Below are positions 11,323-21,554 of a stretch of 64,000 bases of DNA, in pieces (within the stretch, counting starts at the first letter, position 1; every line of letters starts with the position of its first letter). The notes under the pieces are model-generated. The model worked only from the letters and a program-made list of their open reading frames with translations. It did no database searches and was not told the origin of the DNA. The position numbers and the translations under genes were made by a program. The stretch comes from Clostridia bacterium (GTDB lineage: Bacteria > Bacillota > Clostridia > TANB77 > CAG-508). Where the stretch lies: the NCBI GenBank assembly GCA_022797145.1, contig JAAWKA010000003.1, positions 26,164 to 90,163 of the forward strand, read 5' to 3'.

Positions 11323-11346
11323 GGATATTTAGTATAAAGTTATATT

Positions 11347-11396
11347 TTTGATTAAAGACAGTATAGTTTGAAAACTATGCTGTCTTTAATTTTACA
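11347..11396 (+). terminator. rho-independent terminator
   Basis: Long hairpin AAAGACAGTATAGTTTGAAAACTATGCTGTCTTT followed by AATTTT. Confidence 0.45.
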
Positions 11397-11479
11397 TTTA
11401 GGATATTAAAATATACATTACATATGGGAATAAAGTAAAATATATAACATATTTATAAAATGAAAGAGGTTAATAGATT

Positions 11480-12676
11480 ATGATAAAAACAGGTATATGT
11501 ATTCTAATGATTGGTATTTTACTTATATTAGTAGTAATTGGAAGTAATTTTTTTTTTAAAGAAGAGAAGAATTTACCAGTAAAAAAAACAAGTGCAACAG
11601 ATATTGAAGATGAAATATTTAGTGCATATAATGAAAAAGCAAATCAAAAAATACAGACGCTATCATTAGAAGAAAAAATAGCACAATTATTTATAATAGG
11701 AATATCTACAAATAGTGACATAGGGGAGTTAAAAAAGTATCAATTTGGTGGATATCTATTTTTTAAAGATTTCTTTAATAATAAGACAAAAGAACAAGTA
11801 AAAAAAGAAATTAATGATTTTCAGTTAAATTCTAAAATTCCATTATTGATAGCAGTAGATGAAGAAGGAGGAGATGTAGTAAGAGTTAGTAATAATCCAA
11901 ATCTTGCTAAAGAATCATTTAAAAGCCCAAGTGATATATATAGGAAGGGAGGATTAGAAGCTATTGAGGAAGATACAGTATGTAAAAGTATTTTGTTAGA
12001 AGAGTTAGGAATTAATCTTAATTTTGCACCTGTTGTAGATATATCTATAAATCCAAAAAACTATATGTATAAAAGGACACTACAGGAAGGAAAAGAATTA
12101 ACATCTAAATATGCAAAAACTGTGATTAATATTAGTAAGAATTATAAAGTATCTTATACTCTAAAGCATTTTCCAGGTTATGGAGATAATAAAGATACAC
12201 ATACAAATAGTTCAGTAGATGAAAGAAGTTATATAGATATTTATAAAAATGATTTAGAACCATTTCGTGCTGGAATTGAGGCAGGAGCAGAAGTAGTCAT
12301 GGTTAGTCATAATATAGTGAAATCTATAGATGATAAAAATCCTTCATCCATTTCAAAAATAATACATAATTTATTAAGAAATGAACTAAAATTTACTGGA
12401 ATTATTATTACAGATGATATTGCTATGGAAGCAATACAAAAGCAATATACAATTCCAAAAGCTATTATTAAAGCCATTCTAGCTGGAAATGATATGATTA
12501 TTATTTCTATTGATAAAAATACAAAAAATAAAATTGACAATACAAAAGTAAATTATGAGATAATAATAGAAAATGTAAAACAATCACTAGAAAATGGAGA
12601 GATTACTCAAAAAGATATTGATAAAGCAGTAGCTCGTATTTTGGCTTGGAAATATTATAAAAAGTTAATAAATTAG
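11480..12676 (+). CDS. glycoside hydrolase family 3 (NagZ-like beta-N-acetylhexosaminidase), membrane-anchored
   Basis: GH3 N-terminal domain motifs (PLLIAVDEEGGDVVRV, KHFPGYGDN.DTHT) and an N-terminal TM. Confidence 0.7.
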   Translation: MIKTGICILMIGILLILVVIGSNFFFKEEKNLPVKKTSATDIEDEIFSAYNEKANQKIQTLSLEEKIAQLFIIGISTNSDIGELKKYQFGGYLFFKDFFNNKTKEQVKKEINDFQLNSKIPLLIAVDEEGGDVVRVSNNPNLAKESFKSPSDIYRKGGLEAIEEDTVCKSILLEELGINLNFAPVVDISINPKNYMYKRTLQEGKELTSKYAKTVINISKNYKVSYTLKHFPGYGDNKDTHTNSSVDERSYIDIYKNDLEPFRAGIEAGAEVVMVSHNIVKSIDDKNPSSISKIIHNLLRNELKFTGIIITDDIAMEAIQKQYTIPKAIIKAILAGNDMIIISIDKNTKNKIDNTKVNYEIIIENVKQSLENGEITQKDIDKAVARILAWKYYKKLIN

Positions 12677-12825
12677 GGAAGAAGTTAATTAAATACTATA
12701 ATAAAAAATATTAATTAATAATTAAAAGAATACTTGAAAAGTAATCTTTTTTGATATAGAATACTTCTAGTGTATAATTAAATTAAAAAGTGGTATATTA
12801 AGATAAAAACTTTATGGAGGTATGA

Positions 12826-13485
12826 ATGATAACATTACGAGATGTAAGAAATAATGAGGAAGTGCAAGCACTAATAGAGGGGACACAAAGACATTTAGAT
12901 GTATTGGGATATACAGAGCATTCAATAAGACATATAAGTATTGTATCAAAAAGAGCAGCGGATATATTAAAAACATTTGAATATTCTGAAGACAGAATAG
13001 AACTTGCAAAAATTGCTGGATATTTACATGATATTGGAAATTGTGTAAATAGAGTAGATCATGCACAATCAGGAGCATTACTTGCATATAGAATTTTAAA
13101 AGACATGGGGATGAACCATAAAGATAGAACAGAGATCATGATGGCAATAGGAAATCATGATGAAAAAACAGGAACAGCAGTAAGTGATATTTCAGCAGCT
13201 CTTATATTAGCTGATAAATCAGATGTTCATAGAGATAGAGTAGTAAATAAAAATATATCAACATTTGGTATACATGATAGAGTTAATTATGCAGTTACAA
13301 AAACAAATTTAGAGTTGGATAATGTAAATAAAAAGGTAATATTAAGCATTAATATAGATACAGATATATGTCCAGTATTAGATTATTTTGAAATATTTAT
13401 GGACAGGACAATGATGAGTAAATATGCAGCAAAGTTTTTAGGAGTTTGGTTTGAATTAGTTATTAATAATACAAAATTATTATAA
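12826..13485 (+). CDS. HD-domain phosphohydrolase
   Basis: HD motif (H..RH...V; YLHDIGN). Confidence 0.6.
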   Translation: MITLRDVRNNEEVQALIEGTQRHLDVLGYTEHSIRHISIVSKRAADILKTFEYSEDRIELAKIAGYLHDIGNCVNRVDHAQSGALLAYRILKDMGMNHKDRTEIMMAIGNHDEKTGTAVSDISAALILADKSDVHRDRVVNKNISTFGIHDRVNYAVTKTNLELDNVNKKVILSINIDTDICPVLDYFEIFMDRTMMSKYAAKFLGVWFELVINNTKLL

Positions 13486-13486
13486 A

Positions 13487-13520
13487 GGTTTATAGGTAAA
13501 ACCATAAAAACCTAAATAAT
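13487..13520. promoter_or_regulatory. conserved ~36-nt intergenic motif, copy 2 (upstream of the 13542 membrane-protein gene)
   Basis: AGGTTTATAGGTAAAACCATAAAAACCTAAATAA aligns with 9393-9430. Confidence 0.35.
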
Positions 13521-13541
13521 TATATAAGGAATGATCAAAAG

Positions 13542-14912
13542 ATGAAAGAAAATAACTTAGTAAAGATTTTAATAATTTTAGTAATAATAGCAATAAGTTT
13601 AATATCTTTTTTAGGAATTAATAAAAAGGATAAAAATAGATGGATAAATATATTACCAAATTATTTATTAAGTACAAATTTAAAAGGAGCAAGAGTAACA
13701 AAGCTAGAATTAGATTCTTCAACAAAGGAAGTTATATATGATTCAGAAGGGAATATAGTAGAAGATGGAAAAAATGAAGATGGAACACTAAAGGAAGGAT
13801 ATACAAATGAAGATAAGAAAGTAAATCCAGATGAATTATTAACAAAAGAAAATTTTTTACAAGCAAAACAGGTATTAGAAAATAGGTTAAAAAAATTAGG
13901 TGTACAAGACTATAAAATAAGACAAAACTATGAGAATGGAGAAATAATAATAGAGATTCCAGAAGATACAACAACAGATGACGTTATATCAAATTTTACA
14001 TATAAAGGAAATTTTGAAATTCAAGATTCGGAAACAAAGGAAGTACTTTTAAATAGTTCTCATATAAAAGAAGCAAAAGCAGCATATGGAACCTCACAAA
14101 CAGGTGTAGGGACTAGTGTATATTTAAGTATGGAGTTTAATAAAGAGGGAAAAGAAAAGTTAAGGGAAATAACAAAAAAATATATACAATCAACAGATGA
14201 AGAAGGAAATATAAAAACCAAAAACATATCTATAAAGGTAGATGATCAAGAATTAACAAATACATATTTTAGTGAGGAAATTACAACAGGTATTCTTTCA
14301 TTATCAATGGGAGTACCAACAACAGACGAAGGACAACTTTCACAATATATTGAACAAGCTAGATATATGGCAGCAATTATAGATTCTGGAAAAATGGAAT
14401 TAAAATATGATTTAAAACAAAATCAATATATATCTACAACAATAGATGAAGACCTTTTAAAAAATATGATATTTATTTTTATAATACCTATTATTATAGC
14501 AGGCATATATTTTGTAATAAAATATAAAGATAATGGAATAATGGCAATTATATCTACAATTGGGTTAATAGGATTTATTCTGCTTACACTAAGGTATACA
14601 AATGTTCTAATATCATTAGAAGCAATAGTTGGAATTATAACAGTAATAATTCTACAAGTAATGTTTATAGAAATTCTACTTAATAAGATAAATAATTCAA
14701 AGCAATCTATGAAAGAGAGTATAAAAGAAACATATATAAAATTAATTCCTATTTTAGTTCCATTATTAATAATAGCAATAACTTTTACCTTTACAAATTG
14801 GGTTGAAGTTGCAAGTATAGGAATGACAATGTTTTGGGGGATTATTATTATACTTGGATATAACTATATATTTACAAAAAATTTATTTGTAAACAAAAAA
14901 GTTAAGGAATAA
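13542..14912 (+). CDS. polytopic membrane protein with SecD-like architecture (N-terminal TM, about 300-aa extracytoplasmic domain, C-terminal TM bundle)
   Basis: Assigned from the hydrophobicity pattern only. No motif-level confirmation is possible by eye. Confidence 0.3.
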   Translation: MKENNLVKILIILVIIAISLISFLGINKKDKNRWINILPNYLLSTNLKGARVTKLELDSSTKEVIYDSEGNIVEDGKNEDGTLKEGYTNEDKKVNPDELLTKENFLQAKQVLENRLKKLGVQDYKIRQNYENGEIIIEIPEDTTTDDVISNFTYKGNFEIQDSETKEVLLNSSHIKEAKAAYGTSQTGVGTSVYLSMEFNKEGKEKLREITKKYIQSTDEEGNIKTKNISIKVDDQELTNTYFSEEITTGILSLSMGVPTTDEGQLSQYIEQARYMAAIIDSGKMELKYDLKQNQYISTTIDEDLLKNMIFIFIIPIIIAGIYFVIKYKDNGIMAIISTIGLIGFILLTLRYTNVLISLEAIVGIITVIILQVMFIEILLNKINNSKQSMKESIKETYIKLIPILVPLLIIAITFTFTNWVEVASIGMTMFWGIIIILGYNYIFTKNLFVNKKVKE

Positions 14913-14925
14913 GGAGGGAAGAAAG

Positions 14926-15588
14926 ATGGAAAAAAAGATGAAAAATAAGATAATAGTATATAGTGTTATGACAGTTGTAACATTATTAGGAATAGTAGCA
15001 ACATATTTCTTCCGACTAAATTTTTCACTTATGTATGCAGATCATGTAAAATTAGACATATATATAGAAAAGGGATGTAATATAGAGGATATAAAAAACA
15101 TAGCACAAGAAGTATTTGGAAATCAAGAAATAAAGTATCAAAAAATAAGTGATTTTAATGATGAAATATCTATTAATATAAAAGAAGTAACCGATGAACA
15201 GGAAGAAGAGCTAAAGAATAAATTAATAGAAAAATATGAATTAGAAGAAACACAAAATATACTTACAAAAACAAATATAGGGAAAATAAGAGCAAGAGAT
15301 ATTTTAAAACCATATATAATACCTATAATAATAGCAACTCTTCTTATAATTGGTTATACAGGTATTTGGTATATGAAATTAGGTTCTATAAAAATAATGT
15401 TTGAATTATTTATAAATATTTTATTGATACAAGGGGTATATTGGTCAATAATTACTATATTAGAATTACCAATAGGTATATATACAATGCCGATTTCAAT
15501 ATTGATATATATAATTACAGTAGTTGCAACAAGCATAAAAAATCAGAATAGTTTAGAAAATGTGTTGAAACAAGAAGTAGAAACTTAG
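14926..15588 (+). CDS. polytopic membrane protein with SecF-like architecture, partner of the 13542 ORF
   Basis: N-terminal TM, about 100-aa extracytoplasmic segment and a C-terminal TM bundle. Translationally coupled to the upstream ORF. Confidence 0.25.
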   Translation: MEKKMKNKIIVYSVMTVVTLLGIVATYFFRLNFSLMYADHVKLDIYIEKGCNIEDIKNIAQEVFGNQEIKYQKISDFNDEISINIKEVTDEQEEELKNKLIEKYELEETQNILTKTNIGKIRARDILKPYIIPIIIATLLIIGYTGIWYMKLGSIKIMFELFINILLIQGVYWSIITILELPIGIYTMPISILIYIITVVATSIKNQNSLENVLKQEVET

Positions 15589-15594
15589 TAATTA

Positions 15595-15850
15595 TTGACA
15601 ATAGGTATATAAGAAGGTATAATATAAAAAATAAATTGCGATGAAAAAGAAAAAGTGTATTGTATTATTTAAAGAGAGCTAGAAGATTGGTGAAATCTAG
15701 TAATAAAAGATATATGGGGAGCTTTGGAGCAATAGAAGTAAAAGAGGGTATAAAATACCAATTAGGGTGGAACCGCGTGAGTAAAACTTTCGTCCCTAGC
15801 ATGTAAGCTAGGTATGAAAGTTTTTATATATTTAAATAAGGAGGAATTTT
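15595..15850 (+). promoter_or_regulatory. T-box riboswitch leader of glyQS, including a consensus promoter (TTGACA-17-TATAAT) and a terminator/antiterminator
   Basis: The T-box sequence AATTAGGGTGGAACCGCG lies at 15759-15776. It is followed by the hairpin AAACTTTCGTCCCTAGC..GCTAGG..GAAAGTTTTT plus a U-run, upstream of a tRNA synthetase gene. Confidence 0.7.
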
Positions 15851-15851
15851 T

Positions 15852-17237
15852 ATGGTGGAAAAAACAATGGAGAAAATTGTTAATTTATGTAAGTCAAGAG
15901 GATATGTATATTCAGGATCTGAAATATATGGTGGTCTTGCAAATACATGGGATTATGGGCCACTAGGAGTAGAATTGAAAAATAATATAAAAAAAGCATG
16001 GCTAAAAAAGTTTGTACAAGAAAGTAAATATAATGTAGGTTTAGATTCAGCAATTTTGATGAATCCTAAAACTTGGATAGCATCAGGGCATATAGCAGGT
16101 TTTAGTGATCCATTAATAGATTGTAAAGAGTGTAAAACAAGACATAGAGCAGATAAGCTAATAGAAGAATGGATGCATGAGAATGATTGTGAAGAAATAG
16201 TAGATGGATGGGCAGATGAAAAAATGATTGACTATATAAAAGAGCATAGTATTTCATGTCCTAATTGTGGAAAAGAAAATTTTACATCAATAAGAAAATT
16301 TAATTTGATGTTTAAAACATTTCAAGGAGTAACAGAGGAGGCAAAAGCAGAGATTTATCTAAGACCAGAAACAGCACAAGGAATTTTTATAAATTTTAAG
16401 AATGTATTAAGAACTACAAGAAAAAAATTACCAATGGGAATAGCACAAATTGGAAAATCATTTAGGAATGAAATAACACCAGGAAACTTTATATTTAGAA
16501 CAAGAGAGTTCGAACAAATGGAACTAGAATTTTTTTGCAAACCAGGAACAGATTTAGAGTGGCATAAATATTGGAAGGAGTTTTGCAAGAACTGGTTAAT
16601 AAATTTAGGAATGAAAGAGGAAAATATACGATTAAGAGATCATTCAAAAGAAGAGTTATCACATTATAGTAATGCAACAACAGATATAGAATTTGCATTT
16701 CCATTTGGGTTTGGAGAATTATGGGGAATTGCAGATAGAACAGACTTTGATTTAAAAAGTCATATGGACTATTCAGGAGAGGATTTCATATATTTAGATC
16801 AAGAAACTCAGGAAAGATATATACCATATTGTATAGAACCATCACTTGGATGTGATAGGGTAGCACTTGCATTTTTATGTAATGCATATAATGAAGAAGA
16901 AATAGGAGAAGATGATAATCGTATAGTATTAAGATTACATCCAGCGTTGGCTCCATATAAAATAGCAATTTTGCCATTATCAAAAAAATTAAGTTTAAAA
17001 GCTGAAGAAATTTATTCTAGCTTATCAAAAAAATTTATGTGTGATTATGATGAAACAGGAAGTATAGGAAAACGTTATAGAAGGGAAGACGAGATAGGAA
17101 CACCGTATTGCTTAACAGTAGATTTTGATACTTTACAAGATAATACAGTAACTATAAGAGATAGGGATACAATGGAACAAATAAGAATAAATATAGAAGA
17201 GGTAGAAAAATGGATAGAAAGTAAAATTGAATTTTAG
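15852..17237 (+). CDS. glyQS: glycyl-tRNA synthetase (class II, dimeric GlyQS type)
   Basis: 461 aa. The N-terminal block [28 protein letters not shown] and class II motifs are present. Confidence 0.9.
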   Translation: MVEKTMEKIVNLCKSRGYVYSGSEIYGGLANTWDYGPLGVELKNNIKKAWLKKFVQESKYNVGLDSAILMNPKTWIASGHIAGFSDPLIDCKECKTRHRADKLIEEWMHENDCEEIVDGWADEKMIDYIKEHSISCPNCGKENFTSIRKFNLMFKTFQGVTEEAKAEIYLRPETAQGIFINFKNVLRTTRKKLPMGIAQIGKSFRNEITPGNFIFRTREFEQMELEFFCKPGTDLEWHKYWKEFCKNWLINLGMKEENIRLRDHSKEELSHYSNATTDIEFAFPFGFGELWGIADRTDFDLKSHMDYSGEDFIYLDQETQERYIPYCIEPSLGCDRVALAFLCNAYNEEEIGEDDNRIVLRLHPALAPYKIAILPLSKKLSLKAEEIYSSLSKKFMCDYDETGSIGKRYRREDEIGTPYCLTVDFDTLQDNTVTIRDRDTMEQIRINIEEVEKWIESKIEF

Positions 17238-17347
17238 AATATGCTTAATGTATGTAAAAAAGCTTTCTCAAATTAACTTAAGTTCTAATATAAACTTCCA
17301 TTGAATACAATGTACAAAACAGGGTAATTCATAAGGGGGTTTTTCAT

Positions 17348-17608
17348 TTGGGAAAAATATATATAGAAGAACGTGCAGTGAATTTGGCACATTATATAAT
17401 AGATAGTGGAGATACTGTAAGGGGAGCAGCAAAAAGGTTTGGAATTTCAAAAAGTACAGTACACAAGGATGTAACACTAAAGAACGGTAAAAGAAATGGA
17501 CATGTAGAGGAGGCTATTAGCTGTCCGATTCTAGAAAGTATTGAGATTAGGAAGGTTTTTTTAGCAGAGAAAAATCCTATTGTGAGGTTGGGGTTGGTGA
17601 TTAAATAA
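17348..17608 (+). CDS. spoIIID: spoIIID 5' portion, interrupted. Codons 1-42 (17348..17474) encode the SpoIIID HTH and the remaining 44 codons are read into the inserted element.
   Basis: TTG start with RBS AAGGGGG. The product matches SpoIIID through ..FGISKSTVHKDV and then diverges. The missing C-terminus is found at 25940..26082. Confidence 0.7.
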   Translation: MGKIYIEERAVNLAHYIIDSGDTVRGAAKRFGISKSTVHKDVTLKNGKRNGHVEEAISCPILESIEIRKVFLAEKNPIVRLGLVIK

Positions 17609-17732
17609 AAATAAGTAAAGTATTTCGAGTTAGTATGCTTGAAATACTTTATTTTTGTTACTAGTTAATAATTAGCAAATAATCTATATTAAACTACTAA
17701 CTAGTAATTATTTTTTTAAGTATAAAAAGGTA

Positions 17733-17763
17733 TTGACATACATTTTAGCACGTGCTAAAATGT
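17733..17763 (+). promoter_or_regulatory. promoter (TTGACA 17733-17738; TAAAAT 17756-17761) overlapped by a 24-bp perfect palindrome ACATTTTAGCACGTGCTAAAATGT (17740-17763)
   Basis: Read directly from the sequence. The palindrome is perfect and the spacer is 17 bp. Confidence 0.5.
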
Positions 17764-17783
17764 ATAAAGTAAGGAGGAATAGT

Positions 17784-18275
17784 ATGAATATAATAAATGA
17801 TATTAGAGAAAAACAAAATCAACTTATTGTTATGATTAATGCAACATTTGATGAACTTGTAAGAAAAGTAGAAGATTTACAATCAGGAAGTAATGAATAT
17901 GAAAAAGAATATGAAAGTGTATATCCAATAACAAATACGACAGGATTTAAGGGAAAGAAACCAATTGCAGTTAAAATAGCAAATGAACGTATAACAGCTT
18001 CTACATGGAAGATAGTTGTTGAAAAAATATTAAAACAAGTATTAAAAGACAGAGAGATGGAAGATAGATTAATGGCGTTGAGAGATAAGATATTAGGCAG
18101 AAAGAGAACAAGAGTGTCTTCTAGCAATGTGACTATGCGTAGTCCATTAAAGTTAAATGAAAAATTATATATAGAAACGCATTATGATACAGAGACTTTA
18201 ATGAACTTTTTAATACAGATTTTAAGTGAAATTCATTATGATTATAATAATATAGAAATAGTAATAAAGAATTAA
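17784..18275 (+). CDS. hypothetical protein (element cargo, first gene of a 3-gene cassette)
   Basis: ATG preceded by AAGGAGG. The ORF-track start at 17733 lies inside the promoter. Confidence 0.4.
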   Translation: MNIINDIREKQNQLIVMINATFDELVRKVEDLQSGSNEYEKEYESVYPITNTTGFKGKKPIAVKIANERITASTWKIVVEKILKQVLKDREMEDRLMALRDKILGRKRTRVSSSNVTMRSPLKLNEKLYIETHYDTETLMNFLIQILSEIHYDYNNIEIVIKN

Positions 18276-18284
18276 TGGGAGAGA

Positions 18285-18758
18285 ATGAAATGTTTTATAG
18301 CAGATCCACACTTTAACCATGAAAATATAATTAAATATTGCAATAGACCATTTGAAAATTCAAATGAAATGAACGAATATATAATAAACAAATGGAATTC
18401 GGTTGTTAATGAAAATGATGTTGTCTATCATTTAGGAGATGTTGGATTTGGGAATACAGAAGAATTAAAGCAATTAGTCGGAAGATTAAATGGTACAAAA
18501 ATATTAATAAGAGGAAATCACGATTATAAAAGAGGATTAAATGGTTGGAAAGAAGTTGGATTTAATGAAGTATATAAAAAGAGATTAGTTTTGAATAATC
18601 TAATTTTAACACATGAACCAATTGAAGTAGAAGAAAATTGCATCAATGTTTTTGGACATATACATGATAAACCATTAGACGAAAGATTTAATAAAGAAAA
18701 TCACATTTGTGTGTCATGTGATGCAATTGATTATACACCTATACCTATTAGTAATTAG
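18285..18758 (+). CDS. small calcineurin-like metallophosphoesterase
   Basis: Motifs DPHFNH, GDVGFG, GNHD and GHIHD. Confidence 0.7.
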   Translation: MKCFIADPHFNHENIIKYCNRPFENSNEMNEYIINKWNSVVNENDVVYHLGDVGFGNTEELKQLVGRLNGTKILIRGNHDYKRGLNGWKEVGFNEVYKKRLVLNNLILTHEPIEVEENCINVFGHIHDKPLDERFNKENHICVSCDAIDYTPIPISN

Positions 18759-18774
18759 AGGAGGAACTGAATAT

Positions 18775-19164
18775 ATGAATTTAAAAGATTTAAAACAAGA
18801 AATCAGTAAAGAAGCAATAGAAGGATATAAGGTGAAGACAAATTTTAGTTCATGTGAGTTTCTTGTAGAGGTTGGAAATATAACAATAATGGCTAAGCCA
18901 ATATGCTTAGAAAAAGAAGTTAGATATGAATTTATGTTAGATACACAATGGTTATCTTCTAATGAAATTACTTATAAAGAAATAGTTATGATAAAAAATG
19001 TCATGGATATATTAAATGAAAATAAAAAGCTAACCATTTCAAGATTAAAGAAATGGACTGTAGAAGAATATAAAAAAGATAAAAGAAAAAGAGAAGAACA
19101 AAGTGAGCAAATGCTAGAAATGTTAAAAAATGCTTATTATAATAGTCAAAATTCATGGAAATAA
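18775..19164 (+). CDS. hypothetical protein (third gene of the cassette)
   Basis: ATG at 18775 after AGAGGAGG, followed by a hairpin terminator at about 19168-19215. Confidence 0.4.
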   Translation: MNLKDLKQEISKEAIEGYKVKTNFSSCEFLVEVGNITIMAKPICLEKEVRYEFMLDTQWLSSNEITYKEIVMIKNVMDILNENKKLTISRLKKWTVEEYKKDKRKREEQSEQMLEMLKNAYYNSQNSWK

Positions 19165-19226
19165 ATTAAAGTAAACCCACGCAAATGTATTGACAAATGC
19201 GTGGTTTTACTTTAAAATAATAATAG

Positions 19227-19778
19227 GTGATAAATATGATATATAATTATAAAGAAATTATAGAAATTTATAGAAATGATTACAATTTAAAGAAAGCATT
19301 GAATAAAAATGAAATTTTTAAATTAGATAAAGGAATATATTCAAAGAAAAAAATAGTTAGTCCACTTGTAATATATTCAAAAAAATATCCCAATAGTGTT
19401 ATCACAATGGATAGTGCATTTTATTATTATAATTTGACAGATGTTATACCAAGTAAAGTGTATTTAGCGACAGATAGAAATACTGATAAAATAAATAATG
19501 AGAAAATTGTTCAGACATTTATGTCAAAGGATATATTGTACCAAGGAAAGGTAAATGTGCAAACAAATGATGGAGTAATAAATATTTATGACAGAGAAAG
19601 ATTGTTAATTGAATTAATAAGAAAAAAGAAACAAATTCCTTTTGACTATTATAAAGAAATCATATCTAATTATAGAGCAATTGTAGATGAACTAGATATG
19701 TATAAAATAGAAGAATATTTAGCATTATTTAAGAATGATATGAGTTTATCAAATATACTACAAATGGAGGTCTTTTAG
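19227..19778 (+). CDS. AbiEi-family antitoxin/transcriptional regulator
   Basis: The l.kGiY motif (FKLDKGIYSKKK) and the SAFYYYNLTDVIPSKVYLAT block are typical of AbiEi. Its stop overlaps the start of the next gene (ATGA). Confidence 0.55.
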   Translation: MINMIYNYKEIIEIYRNDYNLKKALNKNEIFKLDKGIYSKKKIVSPLVIYSKKYPNSVITMDSAFYYYNLTDVIPSKVYLATDRNTDKINNEKIVQTFMSKDILYQGKVNVQTNDGVINIYDRERLLIELIRKKKQIPFDYYKEIISNYRAIVDELDMYKIEEYLALFKNDMSLSNILQMEVF

Positions 19779-20599
19779 TGAATATAGAAGAAGCAATTGA
19801 AAAATATCAAAAATTAGGATATGAATTTGAAGAAGCAGAGTCAAAAGTTTGTCAAGATATTATTTTGTTAAAAATATCTCAAAGTAAATTTTCTAAAAAT
19901 ATAACAATTAAGGGTGGAGTAGTAATACACAGTATATCAAATGATATACGTAGAGCAACACAAGATTTAGACTTGGATTTTATAAAATATTCGTTAGATG
20001 ATAAATCTATAAAAAATTTCATAAAAACATTAAGTGATATAAATGATGGCATAAAGATAAATATCATGGGTAAAATTGTACCATTACATCACCAAGATTA
20101 TGCTGGAAAAAGAGTTAATTTAAAGATACATGATAATTTTGAAAATACTATGCATACAAAACTAGATATAGGAGTACATAAATTATTTGAATTAGAACAA
20201 GAGGAATATTGCTTTAGTTTTGATTTATATAAAAATAGTGCAAATTTATTAATTAATTCTATGGAGCAGATTTTTACAGAGAAATTGAAATCACTTTTGA
20301 AATTAGGATTTAGATCTACAAGGTATAAAGATTTATTTGATTTTTACTATTTAATAGAAAACAATAAATTAGATAAAGAGAAATTAATAAATTGTATTGA
20401 AATATTAATTTTTAAAGATGAAACAATCAGAGAAAATACAATCCAAGATATTATAACTAGAATGAAAGGAACTCTTGATTCCCAAAGATATCGTAATAAT
20501 TTAAATAGTCCAAAAGTTAATTGGTTAGGAATACCAATCGAAGAAACAATAAATATAGTGTTAGATTATATAAGTAGTTTAGAGAAAATAACAGCTTAA
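19778..20599 (+). CDS. AbiEii-family (DUF1814) nucleotidyltransferase toxin
   Basis: A GG-containing NTase motif (ITIKGGVVIHS) and a DLDLDF acidic motif, at the expected size (273 aa), coupled to AbiEi. Confidence 0.5.
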   Translation: MNIEEAIEKYQKLGYEFEEAESKVCQDIILLKISQSKFSKNITIKGGVVIHSISNDIRRATQDLDLDFIKYSLDDKSIKNFIKTLSDINDGIKINIMGKIVPLHHQDYAGKRVNLKIHDNFENTMHTKLDIGVHKLFELEQEEYCFSFDLYKNSANLLINSMEQIFTEKLKSLLKLGFRSTRYKDLFDFYYLIENNKLDKEKLINCIEILIFKDETIRENTIQDIITRMKGTLDSQRYRNNLNSPKVNWLGIPIEETINIVLDYISSLEKITA

Positions 20600-20674
20600 T
20601 AAAATTGAATATAATGGAGAAAATTTAATAGAATATGAATAAAAGGAGTACTATATATTAGTTGGAGGAAATAT

Positions 20675-21265
20675 ATGATGATAGAAAAAAATATTGAAGA
20701 TTTAAAATTAATTCAAGTTTTATGGAATTACATGAAGATGAATCAAAAATTGAAACCTTCAGATTGTATTATTGGATTAGGAACTATGGATACAAATGTA
20801 GCTAAAGTTGCATCAAAATTGTATTTAGATGGTTATGCTGACAAAATTATATTTTCAGGGGGATTAGGCAAAATTACATATAAATTATGGAATGTAACAG
20901 AGGCAGAGAAATTTGAAGAAATTGCAATAAAAAATGGTGTACCAAAAGAAAGAATATATTTAGAAAAACAATCAACTAATACAGGAGATAACTTTAGATT
21001 TTCTAAGAAATTAATAGAAAAAGAAAAATTAAATGTAAAATCGTGCATAGTTGTATGCAAGCCTTATGATGAAAAAAGAACATATGCAGCATTTAAGAAA
21101 ATAATGCCAGAATATGAAGTTATAATTAACTCTGAAGATATTGATTGTGAAGAATATTATAAAAGGAACAAAACGGAATGGGTTAGTGTTCTTGTGGGAG
21201 ACATTCAAAGAATGAAATTGTTTTATGAAAAGGGCTGGCAAATAAAAATGGATATTCCTCAATAA
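20675..21265 (+). CDS. DUF218 (YdcF/SanA-like) domain protein
   Basis: Blocks CIIGLG, KIIFSGG and QSTNTGDN match the DUF218 pattern. Confidence 0.55.
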   Translation: MMIEKNIEDLKLIQVLWNYMKMNQKLKPSDCIIGLGTMDTNVAKVASKLYLDGYADKIIFSGGLGKITYKLWNVTEAEKFEEIAIKNGVPKERIYLEKQSTNTGDNFRFSKKLIEKEKLNVKSCIVVCKPYDEKRTYAAFKKIMPEYEVIINSEDIDCEEYYKRNKTEWVSVLVGDIQRMKLFYEKGWQIKMDIPQ

Positions 21266-21554
21266 GTATGGGAAGCTTATTATATATTAGTAAAAAGAGG
21301 ATATGATAAATTTGTTTTGAAAGACAAAGAAGATAAAGATGAAAAGAAGAATATTGAAATGAAACTAAATAAAATATTATAACCTTATAAAAATTATTCA
21401 AAAGTAAATACACCTAAACAGTATAATTGAAATCTCCTCAATTAAAATTGAGGGCAGGAAAGCGAGTATTAACAATCGCTTACACACATTGAAGGACAAG
21501 CCTTAAAGAATTAATAAAAGAACAAAAATTTTAAGCAGATTTGATGTAAAAATT

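Noticed and set aside
13542-15588. SecD/SecF identity for the membrane-protein pair
   Set aside because: It is kept only as an architecture-level description. No conserved SecDF motif could be verified by eye, so there is no gene symbol.
17610-17700. Hairpin and ACTAGTTAATAATT-like repeats after the spoIIID 5' ORF considered as the element boundary
   Set aside because: The true junction is defined upstream by the shared 16-bp core at 17459-17474. These are more likely a terminator and AT-rich repeats inside the element.
18709-19164. ORF-track start at 18709 overlapping the phosphoesterase gene
   Set aside because: The internal ATG at 18775 has a strong RBS (AGAGGAGG), so the overlap is an artefact of the longest-ORF call.
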